A stretch of DNA of 63,962 nucleotides, filler included, from Choristocarpus tenellus KU-1152 (lineage: Eukaryota; Protista; Phaeophyceae): assembly GCA_964200185.2 (NCBI GenBank). It is 9 parts of 9 records of this genome, joined end to end, with 100 filler letters (N's around TTAATTAATTAA, not from the genome) between each part and the next. Parts side by side here need not be neighbours in the genome. Positions count along the whole stretch, not along the records: positions 49,730 to 60,702 come from CAXNAD020002595.1; positions 60,803 to 63,962 come from CAXNAD020021870.1; 7 more parts are not named here. One strand, given 5' to 3'. Position numbers and translations under genes: made by a program. The notes under the pieces are model-generated. The model searched no databases, was not told where the DNA came from, and saw nothing but the letters and a program-made list of their open reading frames with translations. This document shows positions 50,590 to 61,419 of this stretch, in pieces (the first letter of the stretch is position 1; each line of letters starts with the position of its first letter).

Positions 50590-51412
50590 TGCCTTCCTCC
50601 CAGTCTTAAGAGCAATCATAAGAAGTGTATCCCCGTCCTCCGCCTCCACCCCAGGAGGGGCCGCCCATAATTTTTCTGGGCTATCGTGTTTATTCACGCA
50701 CCAGTACCATGGCCAGAGCAAACTCCCACCTCCGACTTCAACCTTGGCACTATATCTCCCCACTCAGATCAACAGGACAAGGAGATAACAAGACCATCAG
50801 ACTTGAGGTACGCAGACATGGGAAAATGCGTCGGGGAATGTCCCGTTCGATTAATGGATGGGGGAAATGGAAGAAAGGACTTGATTAACATCTGCCTAAA
50901 GAGAAGGCCTTCCGACGCTGTAAAGGTCTTCCGCCGCTGTAAAGGTATTCCGAGGCTATGGAGTATGATGCGTGCCAAAGAAAGATCTTGTTACTATATG
51001 CAGTAATGCTTGTCAATCGGTACGATATTTCGTAGTTCAACTCAAAATCCGTTCAGGAATTGTAGATCATTTATTGGAGATGGTAGATCTTGTGGTGAAT
51101 AGATAGCATGGTGTGGCATTTCCTGGATTGATCGCCTCTCTCTTCAAAATATGATTTACAACCCTTGCACTTTGACCTGTATTTGAAGTTGATGTCCCCC
51201 TGGCCTACAATGTCAATGTCGCGGTCCCTTGCTGCCCTGAAAAGTTTGCGCTGGGGGTCGTTGTCGGGTAGACTTCCTGGTATTCCCTCCCTATGGAACC
51301 CTTGGCCGCCACTATTATGTCGACATGAAGTATAATTCAAAATGGATGGTAAAGTATATATCCCAGACGATCTTCCGGCTGCACCAACTGGTTCACCCAG
51401 ATTCAAGGTCAT
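50590..51412 (-). CDS. Putative ankyrin-repeat-like protein (partial; exon structure uncertain)
   Basis: KLFRAARDRDIDIV..GDINFK and EDGDTLLMIALKTG are ankyrin-like motifs in two neighbouring minus-strand ORFs. Confidence 0.4.
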
Positions 51413-51836
51413 CTTTGCTCAACAGTGTACAGTCAACTACAGAGAAAAATCGCTCGAACAGCTCTGCCGAAAGATACCAATGCGCAGGAGGCAGGACTAC
51501 TCAAACTCCCACCTTCACAGTCACGCACACTTATTCTCTCTCCTCATCTAGGTATCAACTATTACTGAAATGTCGTGTAAGTACTGCTGATACGACGACA
51601 CAATTATCGGTTGCTTAATTTTGGTTTACCTCAATTTAAAGCAATATGAAATACACTTAGTTTCGCTTCAACTGTCAGTGGCCCAAAATTGTTCCGGTTG
51701 AACCGATTGAAACGGAACGTAACCGACACGCCCAGTAATATCAATGTGTGGCAGTGATGCACCCTCGCCAACTCATCGACTGCTGTACCTGTACTGGCAG
51801 TAGGAGCTTGTCTGACACTAACACTCGTATATCAAA

Positions 51837-54800
51837 ATGGCGGGAGTAGAGCGGGAGCTGTGGAATATATTCACGTTCTACACCCTTCATGGCAACCCAC
51901 TGGATCTGGAAAACCTTTCGGTACGGGAGAAGGTAGTCGTAACAAGAATCTTCCCCGTAATCTAAATAGTCTTCTCTCTAGTATTGGGCACAGTGGTATT
52001 GGCGTTCAACCAACTCCAAATTTCTCCCATACCCTTAACCTTCCACCGCAAAATGTCAACTCCCACTTGCCGTATATGGCGAGCAAGATCACCAACCTCC
52101 TGCGCTTGGCCAAGGATTGCCAAATCATCAACGGATGCCCGAAGAATGGCAAACAGGCGGGAAACCATTATCTCGCCCAGGCCGATGTTCATCTCATATA
52201 TGCGTCAGTCCTGCAGGCACGCGTAAAGGTGTGTCTTGCCGGTGATGAAGACGAATTGATCAGGCTCGTACAGTAAATGTCGGGGCTGGTGCTGTACGCA
52301 AGGATTAGATTCGTGCTTCACGCCGGTATCTTATTGCACTACTGTTGTCGTGTTGCATACATTTCATTTTTCCACCCTCGCCTTTCCTTTTCAAGTCATG
52401 TAGAGCCCTCTAATATACGGAGCAAGAATTGCGCCTCCCAGGGTACTACGTCGAATATGGGACTTGTTTCCTTCTCTCTCTAGTGTGTAGAATATCGATC
52501 CCTAATAGAAAATCTTATGCTTTTGACTTCGAGTAATCACCAGCGCCCAGTTGCTACAAATGTGTTATAAAGTATGGATCATTCGGCTCTCCAGTAGCCT
52601 AGGGATGTCTATGGAGTGAAGGAAAACGGAGCCACATCGATCGCTACCAGCAGCATTCCACGGTCGACATAGGTATATACATTGATATCTGCAGTATTAC
52701 CTGCCCATAGGGTCCTCATGCGCTGCGCTCTGTGCAATGAACCTGAAGTAGTTGAGAGGAAGTTCGAAGGCAAATCTTTTTGGAGCAGCCAATTTACCAC
52801 CTGTGAGGGTGTCCTTCCAAACAAATGCTGCCATATGCATGGACTACTTGTAGAGCTTAAAGTGCCACTGTGGTTACGGCTAACTTGTCGTGGTGCACTG
52901 CCACAATATCGTTGCCTAAGCTGTGTTGTTGCGGGAAGCATAAAACTTCATACCTTTCCTCTTGTATTTATCTTAGAGATCATATTTTGGTAATGCTTGT
53001 CATGGTTTGTCAATGAGGGAGCACATCGCTTTTCAAACTTTTGAAAATTCAAAAGGTAGTTGCACCAGAGATACTTCTTCCAGGACTTGAGCTACACGAA
53101 ATTTCAAAACCAAAAAGTAGGCCCATAGCAAAACATATATTGGAGCACGTTATTGTCAGATGTGAGCATTACCTGTATCCATGGGTATCTGGTCTTGCAT
53201 CATGCATCACAGCAGTTGCGCCATTGCCTATTTTCATACAGAATAGATCAGTCGTGGTTTGAGAAAAAAATGTTCGATTGAGATGTGCTGAGAATGCAAT
53301 AACCTTGCAATTCTGAAAATCAAAGATCACTCACAAGTGCAGCATAGCTGTGAGAAGAGTCCCCGCCCCCAGCACTGATTTCCTCCCCTCTGAATAGCAA
53401 CAATTTAAACACCGGCATGTTTCATACTCTGTCAACAAAAGATGGATGTGTGATACGATTGATTTTGTTGTGTTTGTTTTTTCTAATGTAGGTGTCTTCT
53501 GCAACTTTTCATGGTACATGTGCAACCCATGAGTCACACAACATTGACCCCTTTCTATGACTCAGGCAAACTGGGGAACCAAATCTTCCTGGGTAGCACC
53601 GGGTCCCTGCAGCAAGTCAAGGAGTTGGGAAATAGCAGCAGGGAAGAAAAGACCTCTAGGGAGAGCACAAAACCAAACATCCAATCAAGGTAGTGAGAAG
53701 GCCAAACTCAATTATCAAGAGTTCCTGAATTGTCTTATGGCTATGTCGGAGAGGATGTATGGTAGAGCAAGGAGAGCTCCTTCTTGTGCATATCCTGATA
53801 TCTGTGAAAGGGCAAGGATTGATGTCATGCCACAAGTGGGGAAATCGTCAGAGCTGCATAATAACTTGAGGGCAGCTATGAAACCAACAGAGGCGATATC
53901 TAGCGAGAGAAGGGGAGCTGAGACAGCGTTTATGGACTCAGACGAGGCATTTGAGCAGGTCAGATTGATCTCAGCTAGATGTAGAGAGTGTGTGACCTAC
54001 TATGTGCTAAGTCATTTTGGTCTTTACTTGCAGGCGTTTTTGTGCCAATGTGCACAGTGTATTCACGATTCCTTCACTCAGGCCAAGGTTAAGAGGATAA
54101 GAGAGGTCGTATATGACTTACGGGCCATTCGATTGGCCCGAATATTTACTTTTCATACCAGGTCCCCCTCTCAGTCTTGACCTCCCACTTGTGTGTGTGA
54201 TTGTAATTTTTCTTGATTATTAGAGTATATATGCACTTCTGTGGATTGCGCTCTGCACCTCTTCCCTATATGTATGTCCCTCCTCCTAAACACCCTTCAT
54301 AACTATCCAGCATTTTTTTCGTTTCACTAACCCTCTACACCCTCCTTTACCCTTCCCTACCCCTGCCTGAGACATTGCAACAGCTGCTCATGGAAAACAT
54401 CCTTCCGCTTGCCTCAAGGCGAATCCCCCACGATATCAAAGACGAACTGCATGATCCCCTTGTCGTGGACCTCCTGCAACATTACGACCCTGCCTTCAGA
54501 GATATCTTCAAGTGAGCCATGCCAAGAATATCAAGAGTTGTGAGCAGGGGCCTTGAACATTAGGATGGTATTCTCCCTACAACCTCCCCCACACCCTGAG
54601 CCATGATAAGATCGAGTGGGTAGGGAAGATTGTCAGGCAGACAAGCACCTATCCACAAAAGATGTGATATTTGGGCATTTTCGTTTGTATACACATTCTA
54701 TTACCATTCATGGCCCTTACCCCTCAATGTTGATATGATTCCAATCCAAAGCATTTTAAAAGGCAGGAATTTTCCCACATTTGTCCGTTCAGGGCGTGGC

Positions 54801-57794
54801 TTCCCACGAGTTTTTTATACCCCTTTTCGGTTTTCTGCGTGAACAAAGTTATGTAAAATGTATATGACTATGAAAGGTGCACCCGGAGCAAGGATATTGA
54901 CACTTGATAACAATCACAATGGCCAAAATTAATCAAAATTGCAACATAGGATTTATGACCCTGAACCGATGCTGCCCTACCCTCTTAAATGTTTTGGCTC
55001 TCCCCCACATCTTTGCATCGCTCCTTCAAATTATTTTCCAATGAATGCACAGTTGAGATATATTCCACTGTTGCCATTGCTGACTTAGGTTGTTCACATG
55101 GCAACCTTTGGACTTCCAAAAATCCACATCCACGTAATTGACTGTCTGCTCAACCATCCGTGAGCTCCCTGACCTGCATCCTTGACCCCATCTACTACAC
55201 ATTTTACTTCAAAGCGTGTTCCCTTCCAATTCACTGCCAAGCACACGTTGCTTGGTTTCTCGAACGAACACACAATAACAGGTATACTCTCTTCCATGGT
55301 CCTTATGTCTCTCTCGTCCTCCCTCATCCCCTTTTCCATGCCCCGTATGACTGTTGTTGTTCAAAGCAGGTTCTATGCCACCTCACCTTCTTCATCAGAA
55401 TCATCTCGGCAAAGTGGTTTTGTAAGAGACTTAGGCGTCAAAGGGGGTAAGGGGGGAAAAGGAAAAGTGAGGTCAAATTTCCCTGGTGGCCAAGAGAAGG
55501 ATTACACCAGCACCCACAGGATCAGTGATATCTGCGAGGGGCTGGGGTTCAGCAGTCCCTTGTGAGCTTCTCAATGTGTGTGGGCCCAAGATCACTGCAA
55601 GACCTTGTGCTTTGTTGGTGAAATACACACACACACACATAATAAAAATAATAAAACATCTACAAACAGTGCCCTGCACAACACCAAATGGAGTGCTGTC
55701 TAAACTGTTGGCAATCCAACCAATAGAATCATTTAATGCATTTTAGCTTTCCATTTTTTCTATCACCTAGCAATGTCTAGCCTATCTTTCCTGATAGCCG
55801 GTGGTCTCAAGAAAAAAATCCCCACTTGAACTCTCCCCTTTGAGCTCATGAGATCCCCGCTTCATATCCCAAGTGGTTTGCTGGTTCTGAGCTGGTGCCG
55901 GTTGACTTCCTCCTGCCCCAAACTACCTATCAGTTGATGTTCAATCTCTCTGACTCGCATTCTCGCTGCGCAGGTCCATGGTCTCATTCTGCTCTTCTCC
56001 ATTTCACCCCCAAAGTCCTGGAACTGGACCTTGCTGCCGCCAGAATATCCAGAGGCAGATGAACAGCATGGCCAACTGCATCTCCTATCAGACATTGCTT
56101 TCCTTCGCCTCGGACTTCGGCCTCTCAAATTCCCTCATGTCCACAGTGGAAATAGGAGACATTTTCCTTGCCTGCGTGGGTGGGTTTTGCTCATGGATTG
56201 TGCAGTAGTTCCCCACCCTGGATAAATCTACACCAAAAACACTTTTTACTTGCCAATTTGAAAAAAAAAAGGTACACATGCTCATTCCCTACAACTACGA
56301 AAGGGAACGTAACACGCTATTTCGTTTTGCAGAGGTTGGTTGATTCTTGTCTTCCTTGAACTGCAGGCTCAAAGTATCTGGGAGGGGGTGGCGGCTGTCC
56401 ATTTGGGGTCAATTTTTTTATGTCGCGATTTTTTGTTGATTTGGTTTGCATACCTCAGATGGATAAAAAAAAGCACTTTTCCTGATTTTGGTCCAAATGG
56501 ACACCCTGGTGTAGACCCCCCCCCCACTCCCAGATACTTTGGGTCGCAATTTGAATTCGCAATAGCACAACTGCGTGTGTGTGGCAAAATACACGATTTC
56601 TCGCTTAAACCTATGAAAGTGCCCTATTTCGGTCTCGCATTGTCCTGGTTGTGTATTGCCTTCTTTCTCACGTGTCGTCTTCTCCACTTGTCTCTTATCA
56701 CTGGCTAGCTTGTGGTGCCGCACCTCCAACATCGAGCCAGTCACATGGGGTTAATAGTCCTGGGTCATGCAATAGACCTGTTCCGCTCAAAGAAGGAAGT
56801 ATCTGCCGAAAAAGAGTTGGCAGTGATGGTAACAGCGACGGATGTAATAGAGAAGGAAACAATAGCGCAGGGATGGTCGGTTGTGTAAGGAAGTCAGGGA
56901 CCAGCTGCTGCTCCCTGCTCAGCACTATCCGACCCCTGACCTACAGGGAGTTCCTAGAGGTAAAATATTTTTTCGGTTCATAGGAGGGGTGGGCATGAAG
57001 TTCGCTTGGAACACAAGGGGTGGTGTATGTTTGAATTCTTCCAATTACTTGGTCGTCTTGAGAGCTTAGGTTACTATCCCATGAAGAAAGTCAGTGCTGG
57101 CATAGACCAGGTACCCCAAACAAGACACAATGTGACCACAAGGTTTAGAGAGCACAGGGTCTAAGGCCAAACAGGTCCTACTGCAGGAGAACATCAAGTG
57201 ATCAAGAACAGTTGTTTGAACTCCCTACTCTGGTCTACTCTATGAGGCAGAGGACATTGACAATCAAATGTTGTAATCTCACTGAATGCCATACTCCAAG
57301 CACTAGCCATGAGATGATATTGTTGCGGTGACAGAATATACGTTCATCCTCCTTCACCTCAATTTCAATGTACAAATGTTCTTGGCCTCTAGCTTTCCAT
57401 CTTTTGCGATCTCACTCTTGACCCCCACCCAATCTCAACAACTGCACAGGCACTTGTCCGCTGCAGCCTGATTGGGTTTCAACACCACTCACAAGGGGCA
57501 GGCATGAGCAGATGTCACCACAAAAGTAAAAAGGGCAGGTCCCACCCCAGACCAAGAGTCCAGAGAGGGGGAGGGCGTGTAGGTATGGCAGGCAGAGGGA
57601 CAGGTGAAATGGGGGGAGGAGTACAGGGAACTGAAGTGGGGGAGGAGGGGGCAAGCAAAAGGGGGAGGGTAGGCCCTGGTGAAAAGTTCCGTGCACTGTT
57701 GCTGTTTATGTGGCAAAACCTCCACTCCTCAGCCGTACTGGCCCTTAATGGGGTCGCGGCTGGTGGAGGGAAGGAGCGATCCAGCATCCAAAAA
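51837..57794 (+). CDS. Conserved p25alpha/TPPP- or EF-hand-like protein, 3'-partial; exons 51837-51920, 52088-52228, 53566-53958, 54384-54511, 55370-about 55467, about 55972-56180, about 56710-56959, about 57470-57794
   Basis: The first five exons join in phase: MAGVERELWNIFTFYTLHGNPLD..-ITNLLRLAKDCQII..QADVHLIY..KLNYQEFLNCLMAMSERMY..-LLMENILPLASRR..RDIFKFYA. A second unit contains ISYQTLLSFASDFGL and LTYREFLE. Later boundaries are approximate. Confidence 0.7.
54743..55000 (+). mobile_element. MITE family A, older diverged copy
   Basis: Colinear with 847-1105; degenerate TIRs; TSD TCC/TCC. Confidence 0.8.
56366..56545. mobile_element. MITE family B
   Basis: Both TIRs present; TSD GCA/GCA; close to 49737-49917. 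Confidence 0.92.
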
Positions 57795-58149
57795 GTGAGT
57801 GATATCTAGGGAGCTTTTGAAGTGGGGAACTTGAAGATTTTGTGGTGAAGGGATGTGAGTCTCTGGCATTGCCATTGTTGCATAAATTTTGTATGCAGAA
57901 CAAAAAAATCTTTAGCTTTCTGCTTTGCGTATATAGCATCCTATATTCTTTCTTGCTACTGACATTTCTGTTGACGCCTCTTTTTCCCATGGTGTCCAAT
58001 TAGCCTGCTCTTAATGCAGCGTAAAGATATAAAGATATGTTATTGTTGATTGCTTCTCGGGAGCAGTCCATCCCTACTGCTCAGCTCGATTACACATCAA
58101 GGAACCAACCTGAAGTATAACGGACTGAGTTAATGTTGCCTTTCATTGT

Positions 58150-58331
58150 GGCTCAAAGTATCTGGGAGGGGGGGGGGGATCTACACCAGGGTGTCCATTT
58201 GGTCCCTGACCAAGAGAAGTGAACTTACATTATCCATCCGACGCAAGCAACCAATCACACAAAAATCCTGACATGGAAAAATGGGCCCCAAATGGACAGC
58301 TACCACCCCCCCTCCCCAGATACTTTGAGAC
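58150..58331. mobile_element. MITE family B (opposite orientation to 56366)
   Basis: Both TIRs present; TSD TGT/TGT. Confidence 0.92.
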
Positions 58332-59242
58332 TGTGAGGGGCGTTGATGGGCTCAACAGCACACCATGCAATTCTCTATGCCAATGTTCCCTTTTTTACTA
58401 GAACGGACTGCGATTTTTCTACATGCTGAGTATGTTTGTCTGTGCGACTTGCTCACCCACTACACACTTCGGATTGTTTTGTTGAGAAATGTTTTAGTGG
58501 AAGTGCTATTTCTTGCAGCGCGATTATCTGTTCCGAAAAGGTGAATCACACAAACTTATACTGAGCACCAGAGAAACAACCTGTCATCCCGACATCATAC
58601 ACGGTATCATTCTACTGGGGTACAGGAGTTTGCTTAAAATATTGTTTATTGCGAAATTTGAAACAGTTCTACAATTCTCAAATGAGTTTGCTTATATTCA
58701 AATTGACAAACTCATTCAAGGAAGAAAATGCAAAGCATTTTCGGCATGTATTTGCAGAACAATTTGTTGTTTTTTCTTTTTTTGCAATGTTAGCGTTAAC
58801 TGTGACGGGAGGGTAATGCTCAGGAGTTTGGCCTCTGATACCCCCCTCTGAATCCTTCCCCCTCCCTTCTTGCTCCAGCGCTGCAAAACAATCACAAACT
58901 GTATTATAAAAACAAACAGTAATACACATGTGATGAGATCAGCTCTGTGGTATACCTTATACACAACAAAAAATGATCTAGAGAGAACCAAAGTAAACGA
59001 GAGGTACCTGTTTTGGACCTTCTTGCATTCTAAGCCATCTTTCCATCATTTTCAATTCTCCTTTATTTTACCATGGATAAAGCACTAAGATTGACTTGAG
59101 AGCACTGATTTCTCTATTGTTTGGAAATTCTCAAAAGAACACAGAATGCTCCCCATGCGAATTTGGCTGAAAGCCGAATTTTGCACATTTGTCACCATCC
59201 AAAAGAATGCAACCTCGAGTACCTCTTGCTTACTTCGGCTCA

Positions 59243-59513
59243 GATCCAATGCATTTCAGAGGATGGGAGTTTACACCTGTTTGTCCATTTGGGGCTTGGC
59301 TTTCCACAGGTTTTTTATGCCCTTTATGCGGTTTTCTGTGTGAACACAGTTACCTACTCCAAAACGTTTCGGAGAAGGTAAAACGTACATGACCATGAAA
59401 GGTGTGTCCGGAGTGCTTACTGACAAACACAACAGCCAAATTTAATCAAAATCACAACATTGGATTTGTGACCCCGAACGGACGCGGTCCTACCCTCTGG
59501 AATGCTTTGAATC
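59243..59513 (+). mobile_element. MITE family A, older diverged copy
   Basis: GATCCAATGCATTTCAGAGG ... CCTCTGGAATGCTTTGAATC; TSD TCA/TCA. Confidence 0.8.
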
Positions 59514-60320
59514 TCACTATACTACAATAAAAAAAAATCCGGTTTTGAGTAATTATATCAGACGCGTGGAATGTATATTCCTCCAGTACATAGTTCTATG
59601 TTGTGAACAGCACACTGATGCTGTGCCGTAATTCCTAGAAACATCAATGTGTCCCATCTGCTCCAATCAGCAGTTGAAGGCACATTGCTGCAGCAGCGAT
59701 AATATAAGAGCACAGAAAATAGGTCACTCACAGAGTTCAACGGGCACCTTTCAGGGTAGTGACTAGTTGTGTACCCTTTGTTGTCACTGTAAAGCTATTT
59801 ATATTTCGCAAGGTCTACCAAGGGAAAAGAGACCTAAACGGTACTCAGGGACACTGAGCTTGTGTTGGGGTGTACCTTTTTCCATCAAGTGAAAAATTGG
59901 TAACTTTTAATGCGATTCAAGAGCGACTGGCTGAAGCTATTGCTGCATAGATGCATCAGCCTGCTTTGTGGGTAAAATGCATTACAGGGAAATGGAGTGT
60001 GCATGCTGTTGTCAATGCTTTTAACTGTCTTATTAAGTGGGTGTAGTCAATTGATCCCTGCTGTATTTGATGGGAAGAAGGATTTTCTGGAGTCTATGGT
60101 GTAAGTAACTTTGTGCGTATTACTATTATCCTTCAAAATGCTTCTTCTCAACAAGCATCCAAGAGGGGGGTGGATTTGTTCCATTTGGTTGTTCAGGGGC
60201 TTATAAATGTGATGCCTAATATCCCATTTTCATGGTCCAAATACAGGTAACCCCCATCAGGAGTCTTTGGATGTACTCTGAACAAAGATACAGTGGATGG
60301 ACGTTTTATCAGCGGAGTGA

Positions 60321-60700
60321 AAGTCAAAGTATCTTAGGGGGTAGATTCGCGTCCGTTTGGGGTCCAACATCCAATGTTGCAACTTTAATGTAATTTTGGC
60401 TATCGTGGTTGTTAGGAAATGTCAATATCCTTGTTCCAGAGTGAAAGTATCCTAGAGGGTAGGAGTTTTGCCCTGTTTTTCCACTTGGGGCTCTTGGCTT
60501 CCCACGTTTTTTAGATGGCATTTTCCTGCTCCGAAATGTTTTTTAGAGTAGGTAATATGTATACATTATGAAAAGGTGTGACTGGAACAAGGATGTTGAC
60601 ACTTCCTAACAAACACGATAGCCAAAATTACATCAAAATTGCAACATTGGATTTTGGACCCCAAACGGACACGGCTCTACGCTCTAAGATACTTCGACTC
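60321..60700. mobile_element. Two abutting or nested MITE A copies: partial reverse copy 60321-60438 and full forward copy 60439-60700
   Basis: AAGTCAAAGTATCTTAGGGGGTAG...CTTGTTCCA is directly followed by GAGTGAAAGTATCCTAGAGGGTA...CTCTAAGATACTTCGACTC. Confidence 0.85.
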
Positions 60701-60702
60701 TC

Positions 60703-60802
60703 NNNNNNNNNNNNNNNNNNNNNNNNNNNNNNNNNNNNNNNNNNNNTTAATTAATTAANNNNNNNNNNNNNNNNNNNNNNNNNNNNNNNNNNNNNNNNNN
60801 NN
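60703..60802. other. Artificial contig linker
   Basis: N44-TTAATTAATTAA-N44. Confidence 0.97.
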
Positions 60803-61307
60803 CCCCCACCCCTCCCTAACCGCACCCCACTACTATTTGCAGTAGTCCCTCAACCCTACCTGATGCATCTCTCTGTAAACAGCAAGAGGCAGTCCAATCC
60901 ATGGTCATTGAAGTCAGTCATAATGGATGAAACAGATGATCGCTTTTACTACCATAGTACAGATATTTAATTTAGCAAGTGTTTTGTAAATAGTCTGGTG
61001 GCATTTTGAGTGCGATAGCAAAACATACGAACGGACTCATGCTGTCTTTAAAAAAAAGAAGAAATTTCACGTGTGTTGATCTTGAGGAATGTACAACATA
61101 GTGGTGAGGAACAGCCATGACAGAGGTACCAAGACACCTCAAGTTGCCCACCCCCCCCCCCCCCCCCCCCCCCCCCCCCACCCCCCCCCCCCCCCCCACG
61201 ACCAACCACACACCCCCNNNNNNNNNNCCCCCTCCTCCCGCCAAGCACAAAAACAGGCATCGTTGAATTTACCGACAACGACTCCTGGCTATTATACACC
61301 TTTTCAG

Positions 61308-61419
61308 GTGATGAACTCTACCCGATGGCTGCTGAACAAGGCATTTAATGTGTTGTTGGAGGGTGTGCCAGACAGCATTGACATTGCCAAGCTGCGTGAC
61401 CGCCTCAGCCAAATTCCAG
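61308..61419 (+). CDS. Single internal exon of a cation diffusion facilitator (ZnT/MTP-type metal transporter)
   Basis: ttttcag|VMNSTRWLLNKAFNVLLEGVPDSIDIAKLRDRLSQIPG|gtacta. LLEGVP..ID...L...L..IPG is the CDF TM6-to-C-terminal-domain signature. Confidence 0.8.
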
